Translations under genes and position numbers: made by a program
Part shown: piece by piece, positions 10,239 through 21,399 of the stretch
How the letters are laid out: every line of letters begins with the position of its first letter
Numbering within the stretch: the stretch's first letter is position 1
NCBI RefSeq assembly: GCF_038025025.1
Contig: NW_027117345.1
Span: 1,302,001 to 1,366,000 of the forward strand
Reading direction: 5' to 3'
Origin: Phyllosticta citribraziliensis
Lineage: Eukaryota
DNA: 64,000 nt
Notes under the pieces: generated by a model
The model's input: the letters and a program-made list of their open reading frames with translations, nothing else
The model's database searches: none
Told to the model about the DNA's origin: nothing

Positions 10239-12982
10239 CTAGAAAGCCGTGTGCGCGTTGCTTCCGGCAACATTTGGAACCGTGCCGCCTCGCTGCAGAG
10301 CGCGCTCACGCTCCTCTTCATTCGAGTATCCGTAGCCGTAGCGATTGTAGTCGTAATCATTGCCATAGCCGTAACTTCCGCTTGGGTCATGAGGATCATC
10401 CGATGGACCAACTCCAGGGCCATATCCATGGCTTGGATACTCGGCTGAATGCTTCTCATCACTACCGGAGTCAGCAAGAACAGTCACCACCATCAAGCTG
10501 TATCCAAGGCCAAGGTGAGAGTCAGTGAGTAAAAGACGATGCCTTTGCAGACACCGAGAACGAGACACAAAAATCAAACGTACTGAACAGCCTGGCCATT
10601 TCCGTGTCCATTGCCCTGGGCTGCCTTGGCGGCAAAGTCCTTCGGCGGGTCCTTGTGCAGCCTGTTGCGTCCACTCAAGCTAGACACGCGGGTAGGCGTG
10701 GGATTGCCAACGATGGGTATCTCGGCGGGCGTGGCAGCAGCTCCACTGGCGCCATCTACATCATCGTGGGTTCCATCCAGCTGATCGCCCTGGCCTTCAC
10801 TGTCCTTGTGTTTGTCCCGGTGTAGAAAGCCAAGCAGGCCGTGGTGGTGCTTCTTCTCCTCTTTGGCGAGAATTTTTTCCTGTTCTTTTTCGGCCTTCTT
10901 TTGCTCCTTGGCGAGTTCCTTTTCGCGTTTTTTGGCCTCCTTGGCAAGTTCCTTTTCGTACTTCTTCTCTTCCTTGGAGCGTTCTTTGTCAGACTTCGGA
11001 GATGTGACAGAGGGATCAGAGCTGTCGGATGGGTTGGAAGAGTGCTTTGACGCCACCGCACCCGCTGCGCTGGCACCTCCAATAGCCGCGTCGCGACCGT
11101 AGTGGTGCTTGTCAGGAGACGTGGTAGCTTGCGGGGAGGTCGATGTGGGTTGGGCAGTGGATGTATCCAGCTGACCAGGGCTAGCATCTTGAGAGCCATG
11201 GTCCGCCTTGTGAGATTTGTGCTTTTCATACTCGTAAACGGCTGCCGCACCCGCTAGAGCGCCTCCTCCGGCGAGAGCAGGACCGGGTTCAAAATGTGGC
11301 TGCGCAGTGTGCGCACCCTCTTGTCCCGGCGATTTGGGAGACGAGTTACTGTGAGTGGGTGAGTTGCCTGCAGCTGCAACAGCAGTCCCCGTAGGACCTC
11401 CGTGCCAACCGCGACCTGCTGTAGTCGCAATCATGGGCGGCTGCGAAGTTGGAGCGTTCGTGGTGCCAGCATTCTGAAAGGTTTGAGGGGTCTCATGGTG
11501 AGTCTTGTCCGCTGTATAAGCCCCGGCGGCAGAAGCACCGACACCAGCTGCCACTGCAGCATCTTTGCCGTCTACAGTCTGTTCATCCTTTGACTGGCTC
11601 GACTTGACCCGGGGGTCCAGACGGTTGAGCATGTCAGACTTATGAGGTCCAGACGTGACATGTTTCGTCTGCTTCTCAGGCTGTGGTAGAACTGTGGGGT
11701 CGATAACGTTGGCGATGTTTGAGCTGTGTCGTCCTACAGTTTTTGAGGCTGGACCAGTGCCCGTCTCGGTAGATGGAATGGCATGGTGGCCCTTTTGCTT
11801 ATCGGGCTGGGGCAGCACGGTGGGGTCAAGGACATTGGCCACATTGGAGTGATGCTTGCCAACAGTCTTTGACGCTGGACCAGTATCTTCATGCGCTGCA
11901 GTTGCTGCTGCTGTAGCAACACCTGCACCCACAACTCCAGCAGCAGCAGCATCATGCGCGTAGTGATTGCCAGAGTCGGTCTGGGTGGACCCTGAATCGT
12001 GGCCAGGGACAGCAGAGACACCGGCAGTGCCTGAACCGCTGCGATGGTCATCGTAGAGAGCATGGCCAGTGATGTTTTCCGTCTGTCCAGCAGGATCAAT
12101 TGTAGCATCCCTGATTCCTAGCTGACGGTCTTGGGCGTAGGGCTGAGGCGTGATGGGAAACGCGCCGGGAATGTAAGGTCCGGGTGTAGGCGCGTCTGGC
12201 TGCCAAGTTTCGGCGCTTCGATTGCTGTCCAGGTTGTCATGTTGGAGAAAATCGGCTTGACGATCGGAACTCCTCAAGGGTGTAGAGGGCTCCTTTGACG
12301 TGGACAAGGAATCGTCAGCGGCGATTGGCAGGCTTGTTCCAGCAGATCCAACTGGTACTTCGGAATCAGTGAGTTTCTTGACCTGGGGTGCTTCTCCAAT
12401 GACGCCAGATCTGACGCTAGCGGCGCTAGTGCCGTCGGTGGCGGGCTGGGCTGGTGTTGACAATTTACCTGCATGACGTTCAGCATTGGTCGCCCCTGTG
12501 GTGGGGTCAGACGCGTGAGCAGTACCCGTACCACTCACAACACTCGTGGCTTCGAGAGGGGTAGTGTTGGCATGGCGCGATTCTTCAGGTTCGACTGCCT
12601 TGTTTCTGGATGGCGCACAGATTAGTATCCGGGCAGACAGTTGGGCGAGACTGGGCGCTACTCTCGTGCAGCATACCCAAGGTCCATCATGTTCCTTGAA
12701 GCGATTCTCAAAGAGCCAAAGGCGTCGACGCTGGCGCGGGATTGCGATGCAGAGGGGTGTACGTACAAGCTGTCTTGGGGTTGAGCAGAGCCATCGGCGG
12801 CAGGCTTGGTGAGAGCACGGCCTGCGGTGGGAGAGTCGGGGCGCTGAGCAGAGGGAGAGCCATAGAGGATCTCTTCGTCCTGCTTGTGGCCGGGATTGCT
12901 AGCAAGGGTCAGGCAGGTCAGCTAAGCGAGGGTGGAGCAGGGTCGGCGGGGAGACTTGCAATATGTTTTTAATCTTTTCCAT
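10239..12982 (-). CDS. Hydrophilic, disordered repeat protein (GPHxSxxxNxxDPRV-type repeats, K/E coiled segment); probable stress/hydrophilin-like protein
   Basis: ATG 12982 MEKIKNIF|NPGHKQDEEILYG via a GC-AG intron (12959-12899); intron 12766-12606 joins in frame to ORF 10574-12538. A GTACGT donor at 10583 can splice in frame to a terminal exon ending at 10239; unspliced, the stop is at 10574. Confidence 0.78.
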
Positions 12983-13907
12983 GGTGTCGCGATGGTGATG
13001 TGATGCGATGCAGAGAGAGGGGAGAGGAATGGAGAGATGGAGTGAGTGGTCAATGGCAGAAAGTTATTGCAGGTGACGGGCATGCGCCGTTGACCTCATG
13101 GGGCAGGAACGTCATTGTTTGTTGCAAGCGTCCAGTCCAGTGGCTGGCTGCAGTGCAGGTGCTACCTGAATGACTTTCTGGAGAGCGGAGGTGACATTCA
13201 GCAATGACGCAACACAAGGAAGGGACATGAGTCTGGAGAGACACAGCACAGAGAGTCTAGATCGCCGGCGACGCCAAACATGGCACTGGCTTGAAACGCC
13301 AAACATTGTGTCAACCATGGAATTGCAGACCTGACGGGACAGGAGTCGTCTCTCCACGTGATGCCTGCTGAATGCATCGCAAAGGAACCTTGCCTCCCTG
13401 GCCTTGTGCTACTCTGCTCGTCCGTCCATAGGAAACATTCAACACCACCGCACCCGCTCTCGTGCTCCCATCCGTCTTCCACCGCACTGTCCACACCATC
13501 ACCATCACCACCACCACCACCTGGTCGCCATCTCTTGGCTCGCGCTGCTCCTCAGTGCCGCGCCTCGAGCGACCTCCAAACAGTCGGCGTGAACTAGGCT
13601 GCCCTATGCTCCATCGGGTCCCACTGCCGCCCGCCGCCTCCATGGCATCCATCCAACGGCCGCTCCTCTCCGCCCTCCCTCTTCCTTTCAGCGCTTTCAG
13701 GGACCTCCCATCATCTCACTTTTCCATCCTCCATCCTTCCACTTCTCTTTTCCTCCTCCCATTCACCTCGACCCGTCTCCCCACCCCTCCGAAACCCTCC
13801 CGTCCGTGCTCGCTCCGGCAGTGCCGCACGACTCTACTACTCTCTCTTCAATTGTCGACAAACAACACCATCAATCTCGCCAATCTCGCCCGTCTCTCCC
13901 TTGCACC

Positions 13908-14647
13908 ATGGCTTTTCGCGACCGCGTCAAGCGCGTCCTCGGCCGCAAGTCGTCCTCCAATTCCTCGTCAACCTCTTCGGTGAAAAAGACGTCTTCGGGC
14001 CGCCGAGATAGCAGCGTCTGGTACCAGCCCGGCGAGAAGCTGCCGCCCCTCAAATATCGCCGCCCCGTGACAAAAGAACACAAGGAGCTGCTCGACTCGT
14101 TTTCTTTCCAAAAGGCATGGCGCCGCAGGAGCGACACGAGCCAGTACAGCCCCATGGGCAGCCGTTTGCCCAGCCGCAGAAATAGTCGCAAGAGCACAAC
14201 CGCTCCGGCGCCGGCAAGGAGGACCCAGCACGAGCTCATTGAGGACGTATCCGAAGACCAGGACCTCGCCAACGGTAAGTTTTTTTGAATTCCGAGACAA
14301 GTCCCCTCAAGTCGCTCCGAGCGGCCCGTTAAGCCTTCTTTTTTCCATCTACAGCTTGGGAGCGGTACTGGTACTGAAACAGCTGCGTCGCAGTCGGTCT
14401 CTCTCCTCAACGCTCCCGCGACAACGCCGACGCCCATCGCCGCTTGACCCTCTCTGCCCTGACAAACGAAGGCGCTGCCCGCCAGTCGTCGCCCTCGACG
14501 GCCAACACACGGCCCCCGTCCAGCGGCACCACTGATAGCACCACCAACAATGATACCAACACCGACGACGACGACGCCTTCTCCCACCAAGCCTTCGCTC
14601 AAGACTTGCTCCACGCCCTCAACCACTCGCGCATCGCCGTCGCATAG
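13908..14647 (+). CDS. Small basic Ser/Arg-rich fungal hypothetical protein
   Basis: ATG 13908 MAFRDRVKRVLG..WYQPGEKLPPLKYRRPV..SQYSPMGSRLPSRRNS. Intron 14275-14393 (gtaagt..cag) restores frame (DLANVGLSPQR) into ORF 14444-14647. Many RRxS sites. Confidence 0.78.
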
Positions 14648-16474
14648 CCGCTGCGTCATGGCTGTTGTCGCATAGCCTTCTTCGCAGGGAGAGGGCGGGG
14701 ATGCCCCCGCTTCCCCCGCTCCCGCGACTCAGGCACGCGCAGCACGTCTTTCCGCCCTGTCATCATCTTGCATATTTGGAACCGTTCCTCGCATCGCACC
14801 ACGCATCTAGACCAGCCCTGTCTGCTTTTGTACATGTTGAAGATGGCGTAGGTCCATTTCTTTCTCCCGGCGCCTTGCACATAATCGCGGTTGTGACTTC
14901 TCCTGTCTCTTTTGTACTTGCATAGCTTGCATCTTGGCTGGCTGCACGTCGGTATTGGCTTGTCCAAAACCATTTTTCCCTTTTTGCATTTCCTTGCTTT
15001 CGCTTCCACGGCTTCACTTCACATCAACAAGGGCGGGACTCCTACTTGGCGAATCATCATCATCATCTTCTTCTTCCCGGCGCATGGAAGCATTTGGCGT
15101 TAACTGGACTTTCAATTTCTGACTTTTCTTGGTCTCATTCTTGGGTCGGGAGCAGCGGGGAGTCTTGTCTTTCCATCTGCTCTTTCTACATGCATTAGAG
15201 ATACCGAAACCTCTCCTATAGACTTGTCAATTTTCTGTCGACATGTGCCTCATGGCACCAACTGTCAAAGCGAAACACCCACTGTTGCGTGTGCCGGACG
15301 GACGGGACGGGACGGGACGAGGCGAGGCGAGGCAAAGTAATCGATGCATGCTGTAACTTATTAGGCTAATCAGGGATCGGTCGGAGTGACTGGAAGAGGC
15401 CAGGAAGACGATGCAGATGTGCGTGTTTCTAGAAGTACTCCTAGAACTCATACGGCGAGGTAGAGCAGATGTTGCGTGTGAAGGCGCTAGGTTGCCTGCT
15501 AGTCTACAACGCACTACACTGCTTTGTGCAGCGCGAAGTGTAGAAGATCAAATCGCGAAATGAAGTTGCGCACTGCCCTGGGTACATAGATTGGGCACAA
15601 CGTCTACACAAGAAATCCTATTGCCGCGATGTTTGTTCAATTCATGTCTAAATAAACGAAATAGGCTGGAATGGATGGGGATGAATGGAATGAGATGGTG
15701 CCGTCTGTCGTGGGAGAGCCAGTCGCCAATGGCTGCGAGAATCGCAACGCTGACGCCTCGTGTAGCCGCTCTGTGCAAAATGCCACGCCACGATGCTGCC
15801 CCTTGTCAGTGGCCATGGCCGTGGCCGTTGGCGATGTGCGGCTGCGATTGACAGGGGTTATGGAGGGCGTGGTAGGGGATGGAAAAAGGGGGGTGCGGGT
15901 TTGGCGCAGAACTAGAATGCATGTCAGAAGAACATTAGGGGGGGGGACAGAGGTAGACAGACTCGCGCTCAGCACAACACCCTCCTATTCTTCCGTTCCA
16001 AGCGCCGCAGGGGCAAGGCAAAAAAATGTCCCGCGCTGCGCTGCGCTGCGTCTGCCCTGGTCGAGATCCAAACACATACATGTGAAAAGGCCGCAAAGTC
16101 TGGCACGCTAGCTGCAAATGCCGGGGAAAGCCTCTGGCGGAGGTTTTTATTGAGCCCAGGGGCGAGGAGCCGTTGGCCCACGAGATTGATTAGAGAGAAG
16201 GGAGAAGCCGTGAGGTGATGAACGCGTGCCATGTCTATTACTTTCTAGAGATATTATGTGTGTGTGTGTGTACTAATCGCTTTTTGGAATGCATCGAGCA
16301 GAGCTAGCCGAAATGGTGGGAGGTGTGTATTTTGAGCCATGTGTGGAGTTCTGACAGGAGGAGGTGGAGGAGGATGAAGATGGATATGGTGGTGGTGATG
16401 GTGGTCGAAGGCCAGGAAGCGTTGAAGCGCGTACCAGACACGCCCGCGTCAAGAGACCAGCTCGTTCGCCTCCT

Positions 16475-17250
16475 CTAGTTGGACCCAGGCCGGCTGGTCG
16501 CAGCTGCTCGGTACAGGTACCGCTGTATTGTGGACAGATCCGGATCCTCGTCCAACCACTTGCCCTGCAGTAGATCTTCGGCGCGGAGGCAGTAGTCGAC
16601 GTAATCGTCTGTGATGTTCTCTAGTTCCTGAGATAGCCGCCGTGTAAGTGGATTGACAACTTGGCTGATTTGCGTGTGTTGTTGTTTATTGACAATGGAG
16701 ATGCGTGGGGAGCTTCTATACATACCGCCCTCAGTTCTCGATCAATCGCTTGGAGCCTTTGGACCTGACAGCCTCGAGGCTTTTGGTTGCTGAGCAGCTT
16801 GTCGCGCGAGTTGACCCAGCGTCGCGTGGCACTTGCGCGTAGGTATATGCGCTGGCATTTGAAGCGCCGCAAGCTGGCATCGCAGATGATCCTATGCACG
16901 CTCTGCTCAGCAGATGGCCTCGATGCAAGTGGTAAATCTCTGCACTAACGCTTTGAGCTGTCTCTTCTCCAGTTCGAGGTTGCTCTCCATGTCGGTTGTG
17001 TTGCAGGATGGCGCAATCAACACGTTCCTGGCCTCGACTGCGCATTGTTGAAGTATGCTGCAAGCTTCTATGTTGGACTGTTGTAACGGTTGGCATGAAG
17101 TGATCTCTGCAATCTGATGCTGCAGTCTTCGAAAGTCGTTCATGATTTCTGCGATGCGAATGGCGCGTACGTGGTTCACTGAGCTCATGTTAGCTTCAAA
17201 TACTGTCAATCGTGCAGGTTGATGGACTGCTACTTACTTCCGTCAGCCAT
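16475..17250 (-). CDS. Fungal hypothetical protein (about 180 aa, helical), 3 introns
   Basis: ATG 17250 MADG|MNHVRAIRIAEIMNDFRRLQ. Donors gtaagt, gttagt and gtatgt with acceptors join ORF pieces 16907-17209, 16621-16899 and 16475-16723 into one frame (..IICDASLRRFK..LRA|ELENITD..GKWLDEDP). Confidence 0.75.
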
Positions 17251-18354
17251 GGTTTGCACTCACAAACGCCTGGCGTCGAAGAATCTGTAAAAGGCAAGTA
17301 GCTGAGACTGACAAGAAAGCTATCATGAGATGATACTCAAGATCAAGTCTCCTGATTTTCATCTGAAGGGGTCCACCCGTTGCTATAAACGCCCGGCAAG
17401 TCCGAAGCGCGTACAGGATCCGACTCAAGGAGAGCCACACAAACAATTGTAGCAACACACACATTCGTCCCGAAAGCTCGCCGCTCCCGTCGCCAACGAG
17501 TGCTTGCCGGCGCCTAAGCTACCGGTGGTGGCCAAAGCTCAGCACGGCTATGTGTGGACAATGTGGCAAGGCTCTACCAGCTGGACGACGTCTTGGTGTG
17601 GCGTGCGGCAATGGTCTAGGGGGAAAAGTCATTTCGACCGTAACGGTGTGCGCGAATGGAGAGGTGGGAAAAATGGAGTTGCGACGGACGGGAGCTGCAT
17701 GATGCAGGAACAGAGGCAAGGTACCATTCGAAGCTGAAAGTGATGCCACACGAGCATGGCCTTTACGGCCGCTGAGGGATGACATGGTGCATCGCTCGCG
17801 GTAGCAATGGGCCTTTGCAAAGCCATCGGCGGCCGCCACAACCACAAGCAGAGCATGACCCGAATTGCTGTTCAATTGGTCATGTGTTTGGCTTTGTTAC
17901 CGCCCACGTTATTGTCATGGGAATGGAGCTGAAGGTTGGCTGCCACGCGCAAAATTAGCAGCACCGCCATAGCCTCCCTTCTGTTGTGCTACGCCATGCG
18001 GCCAAGGCATTTTCCGAGTAGAGCCGTGGATCGTCATCCTACGCAATGGCGGCCAAACTCAGGGCCGTGGAATCGGTTCTCGCCTAATTGCGCAATCACT
18101 GGTGACCCATGGAGATTTGGCCCAAGACTTGGAATGCTCAACTTGGTTTTGTTCGACCTGAGTGCAAAGTATTGGTACACACACCGTTCGCCTTTACCGA
18201 CAGCCGCACCCGCACGATGACGCGCTCATGCACCGTTGCACTACTCTGAAAACTGTGACCAGCGTCGTAAGCATTATGATGTGGTACCAGCAAGCCAAGC
18301 ATATTGCTCAACTCCCGCGAGACGACGGGACTCGTCTCATTCGCGGCGTGTTTC

Positions 18355-19406
18355 TCAGTCCTTCTCGGCAATGGCCTGCAGCCGCTCGTCGATCTGATCC
18401 TCGGTCAGCACCCTAAACTGCGGGTCGACGCCCTCCTTGCCATCCGCACGGGGACCTCCGACAATGCCAATCTCCAGCTCGCCCTTCTTGAAGTCGACGC
18501 TCAGCACTTGACTCAGCGTCGAGATTCCAAGCTCCACAACCTCTTGCCAGTCACCCTCCGCGTAGTCCTTGTTCTTCAGCTTCTTCTCGAGGTAGTTCAG
18601 CGCCTCCTGCGTCTTGGGTCCCGATGCGGTGGCCTTGTAGCCGACGTAGTAGCCCGCCGGATCGCACTTGTAGAGCTGAGGTCCGAATTCCGAGTCGAGG
18701 GAGATGAGAGTCGTCGCAACACCCAGCGGACGCATGTAAGCCTGAGGTGGGTCAGCAATACGAAAATACGGCATTATTCAAGGAGCGCGTACCCTCTGAG
18801 TGTAGACTTGGTTGATGTTGGCTATCCTCTTTGCAAGGACGTCACAGGGCATCTCGTAGCCGTACTTGTAACGGAACTCAGCAGCCTCGCCTTGAGCCCT
18901 CTGGACGCCGGCGCGAGCGTCCGCAATCGATCCAGTCATGACACATCCGACAGAGGACGACAATCTGAAGACGTAGGAGACGGATGAGGGGTCGATGAGC
19001 TTGTCCTGTAAATGTGTTGGTCAGATGTGAAACATGGGAGGTTCGTTGGTCTGCTGCTTACAGGCACCTTCTTTTGCGTCAAGACGACGGCGCAGTTTTT
19101 GCCCCTCACACCCACCGACGTGATGTTTGCTGCAGTGATTGCCTTGAATGCATACTCTGGATTGGAGACAGATTGTCAGCGGTCTGAAGTTGGGTGTGGC
19201 CAAGCGTGTTGCCATCCAGAATGCGTCTAGTTTTGGGGCGAATATGTCCAGGATGATGACGTACCGACTTGGTAGAGGCGACCTTGGTCCGAGAAGATGG
19301 TAATGTGTCTGTCGTAGCCGGCGCTTCCTGACAAATGCAAGCTCCGTTAGCTGTTCAAGCTCTTTGGCAGGTGGTTGACTTTGAGCGATGTGTACGCACC
19401 AGACAT
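18355..19406 (-). CDS. SCL1: 20S proteasome subunit alpha type 1 (PSMA6/SCL1)
   Basis: [30 protein letters not shown].., [38 protein letters not shown]; multi-intron gene, stop at 18355. Confidence 0.95.
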
Positions 19407-19735
19407 GTTGGGCGCAGTCTATGAGGTTGTAGAAACAGGTGAGGGAGAGGTATCGGGAGGTCGCTCGAGGGAAGGGCGAAGAGGTAGATGGGTGGAGGCG
19501 GAGGGATAGGGTGTGGTTGATGGAGAGTGAAGCTATGTCAACGCACGCGTTGCTGTTCGGAGCCTGGTCGGGAGCTCGCACCGACCGCCAAGGCGGATCG
19601 CCCTAGTGGCACCCTGCGACCAATCAGCGTGAGCCCTGGATTTTTTCAAACATCACGGCCTCTGAGCTTCACGTCTCTCCATTTCCTGTCTACATCGTTT
19701 CGCAGACCAGATATTGAGTTGCACGAGTACCGATC
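19407..19735. promoter_or_regulatory. Bidirectional promoter SCL1/WKF gene with GGAGCT, AGTGGCA and CCAAT motifs
   Basis: About 330 bp between divergent ATGs. GGAGCT at 19571, AGTGGCA (PACE-like) at 19605, CCAAT at 19620. Confidence 0.55.
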
Positions 19736-21226
19736 ATGGTTGACAGTCCAGCCTCAACTCCCCGGGTCCCGGCCTGGAAAAAACTCGGGTTGAAGCTGAA
19801 ATACGCCAAAGATGAGGTTCAATCGCCAGTCAGCACCCCGGAGAATGCTTCAGCTTCAAAAAAGAGATCGCGGCCTATTGAGGGCCAAGAAGATGGCAAA
19901 TCCGGTCACGTGAGAGAGAATGGTGCCCAGAGCGAGGGTAAGAGCGAGGATAAGAAGAGCAAGAAGCGGAAAATATCCCAAGACGACGCAGCCGCTACAT
20001 CAAACTCAAGGAGCGTGGCCGACGAGTCCACAACGCCAGACCAGCCATCCAAGAAGGAGAAAAAACAAAAGAAGTCTGAGAAATCCAAAACCAAGGAACA
20101 AAACTCTGAGGCCGCCCCGACTTCCAAGCCAAAGCCTTCAATTCCAGATCACGCCGTCTCAACTCCCATCAAAACGTTGAAGCGCAAAAAGTCCGTGAGC
20201 TTCACGCCAGACACCAAGGCTATCGACGGTGACCAGCATCTCGTCAAGGCTTGGTCCAGCTCACTTCGCCAAGAGGAACCATCAATCCCCTCATCCGAAA
20301 CCACAGAGCCAGCCACCTCTGCAGGCAAAGACGCAAACAAGCCTTCCAAAGCCGAGCTCAAACAGGCCAAAAAGGAAGCCAAGCGCAAAGCCAAAAACGA
20401 CGCCGCAACCTCCGCATCCACAGCTTCGACCGTTCCCGCGGACGTTCCACCCTTCGTCACCTACCTCCAGCAGTACTACACGGACCGCGCCAACTGGAAG
20501 TTCAACAAAGTCAAGCAAGGCGCCCTTTTCGACAACTTGTTCAAAATCCAGCGCTTGCCGGCGTCCTACGACGGAGCTCTGAGAGCGTATCTCGAGGGGC
20601 TGAAGGGCGACGCCGTGCGCCAGCGTCTGCAGGAGCAAGCAAGCGAGATCCTCGAAAAGACGAAAGACGCACAACCAAACGGCGCCGACGCCAACTCGGA
20701 CACTTCCGGTGCCAGCAGCTCGTCAGACTCCGACTCGGAATCGTCGAGCGACTCATCATCGGATTCTGACGCCGACGCCGACGCCGACTCGAGCTCGGGC
20801 TCGCCAACCCCTTCTGCAGCGACTGCTACTTCCGGCGACGAGAAGATGGCGCTGAGTCCCGCCAAATCCGCCGCGCTGAAGCGTCAGCTCTCGCGCTCGG
20901 CTGCACGCCGCCGCGAAGAGCACATCAAGAAGGACGCGAGCGGAGCCGGCACTTCTGCCGACCAACAGTTGCTGCTTGCGCAGAGGTGCCGCGCGCAGAT
21001 GATTGTCGAAGTGCTGGGACGAAAGGAGGCGCAGCTGGTCAAGGCGCAGAAGGAGTGGGAGGATAAGAGGAAGAAGGAGGCCGAAAGCGAAAGTAGCGAT
21101 GAGAGCTCGGTCGTGAGCAGCAGTAGCGAGGGTAGCGACAGTGAGGAAGACAGTAGCAGTGAAGATGACAGTGGCAGCGAAGACGATAACAGCAGCAGCA
21201 GTAGCAGCGAGGATGACAGCGACTGA
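19736..21226 (+). CDS. WKF-domain nucleolar-type protein (C7orf50/YCR016W-like)
   Basis: Intronless 496-aa ORF: N-terminal RVPAWKKLGLKLK, Lys-rich region, KKSVSF, YLQQY..NWKFNKVKQ..YLEGLKG..R (WKF domain), acidic S/D/E tail. Confidence 0.85.
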   Translation: MVDSPASTPRVPAWKKLGLKLKYAKDEVQSPVSTPENASASKKRSRPIEGQEDGKSGHVRENGAQSEGKSEDKKSKKRKISQDDAAATSNSRSVADESTTPDQPSKKEKKQKKSEKSKTKEQNSEAAPTSKPKPSIPDHAVSTPIKTLKRKKSVSFTPDTKAIDGDQHLVKAWSSSLRQEEPSIPSSETTEPATSAGKDANKPSKAELKQAKKEAKRKAKNDAATSASTASTVPADVPPFVTYLQQYYTDRANWKFNKVKQGALFDNLFKIQRLPASYDGALRAYLEGLKGDAVRQRLQEQASEILEKTKDAQPNGADANSDTSGASSSSDSDSESSSDSSSDSDADADADSSSGSPTPSAATATSGDEKMALSPAKSAALKRQLSRSAARRREEHIKKDASGAGTSADQQLLLAQRCRAQMIVEVLGRKEAQLVKAQKEWEDKRKKEAESESSDESSVVSSSSEGSDSEEDSSSEDDSGSEDDNSSSSSSEDDSD

Positions 21227-21399
21227 AGATGTTGCAGGGAAGAAAAGCTACAGCAGGGGAAAATGTCCCAGACGAAGATTACATTATACTAGTCCAAATT
21301 TCATCAAAAGATTCCCTGGTCATCCAAGTCATCCATCGGACAAAAGCGCATCCATATTTCTCAATCCTTCGTCAGGAGGCGCCTCAGCCACGCAAGCAC

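Noticed and set aside
15296..16270. Short simple repeats (gggac/gaggc, gcgct, tg)
   Set aside because: Ordinary microsatellites with no further structure.
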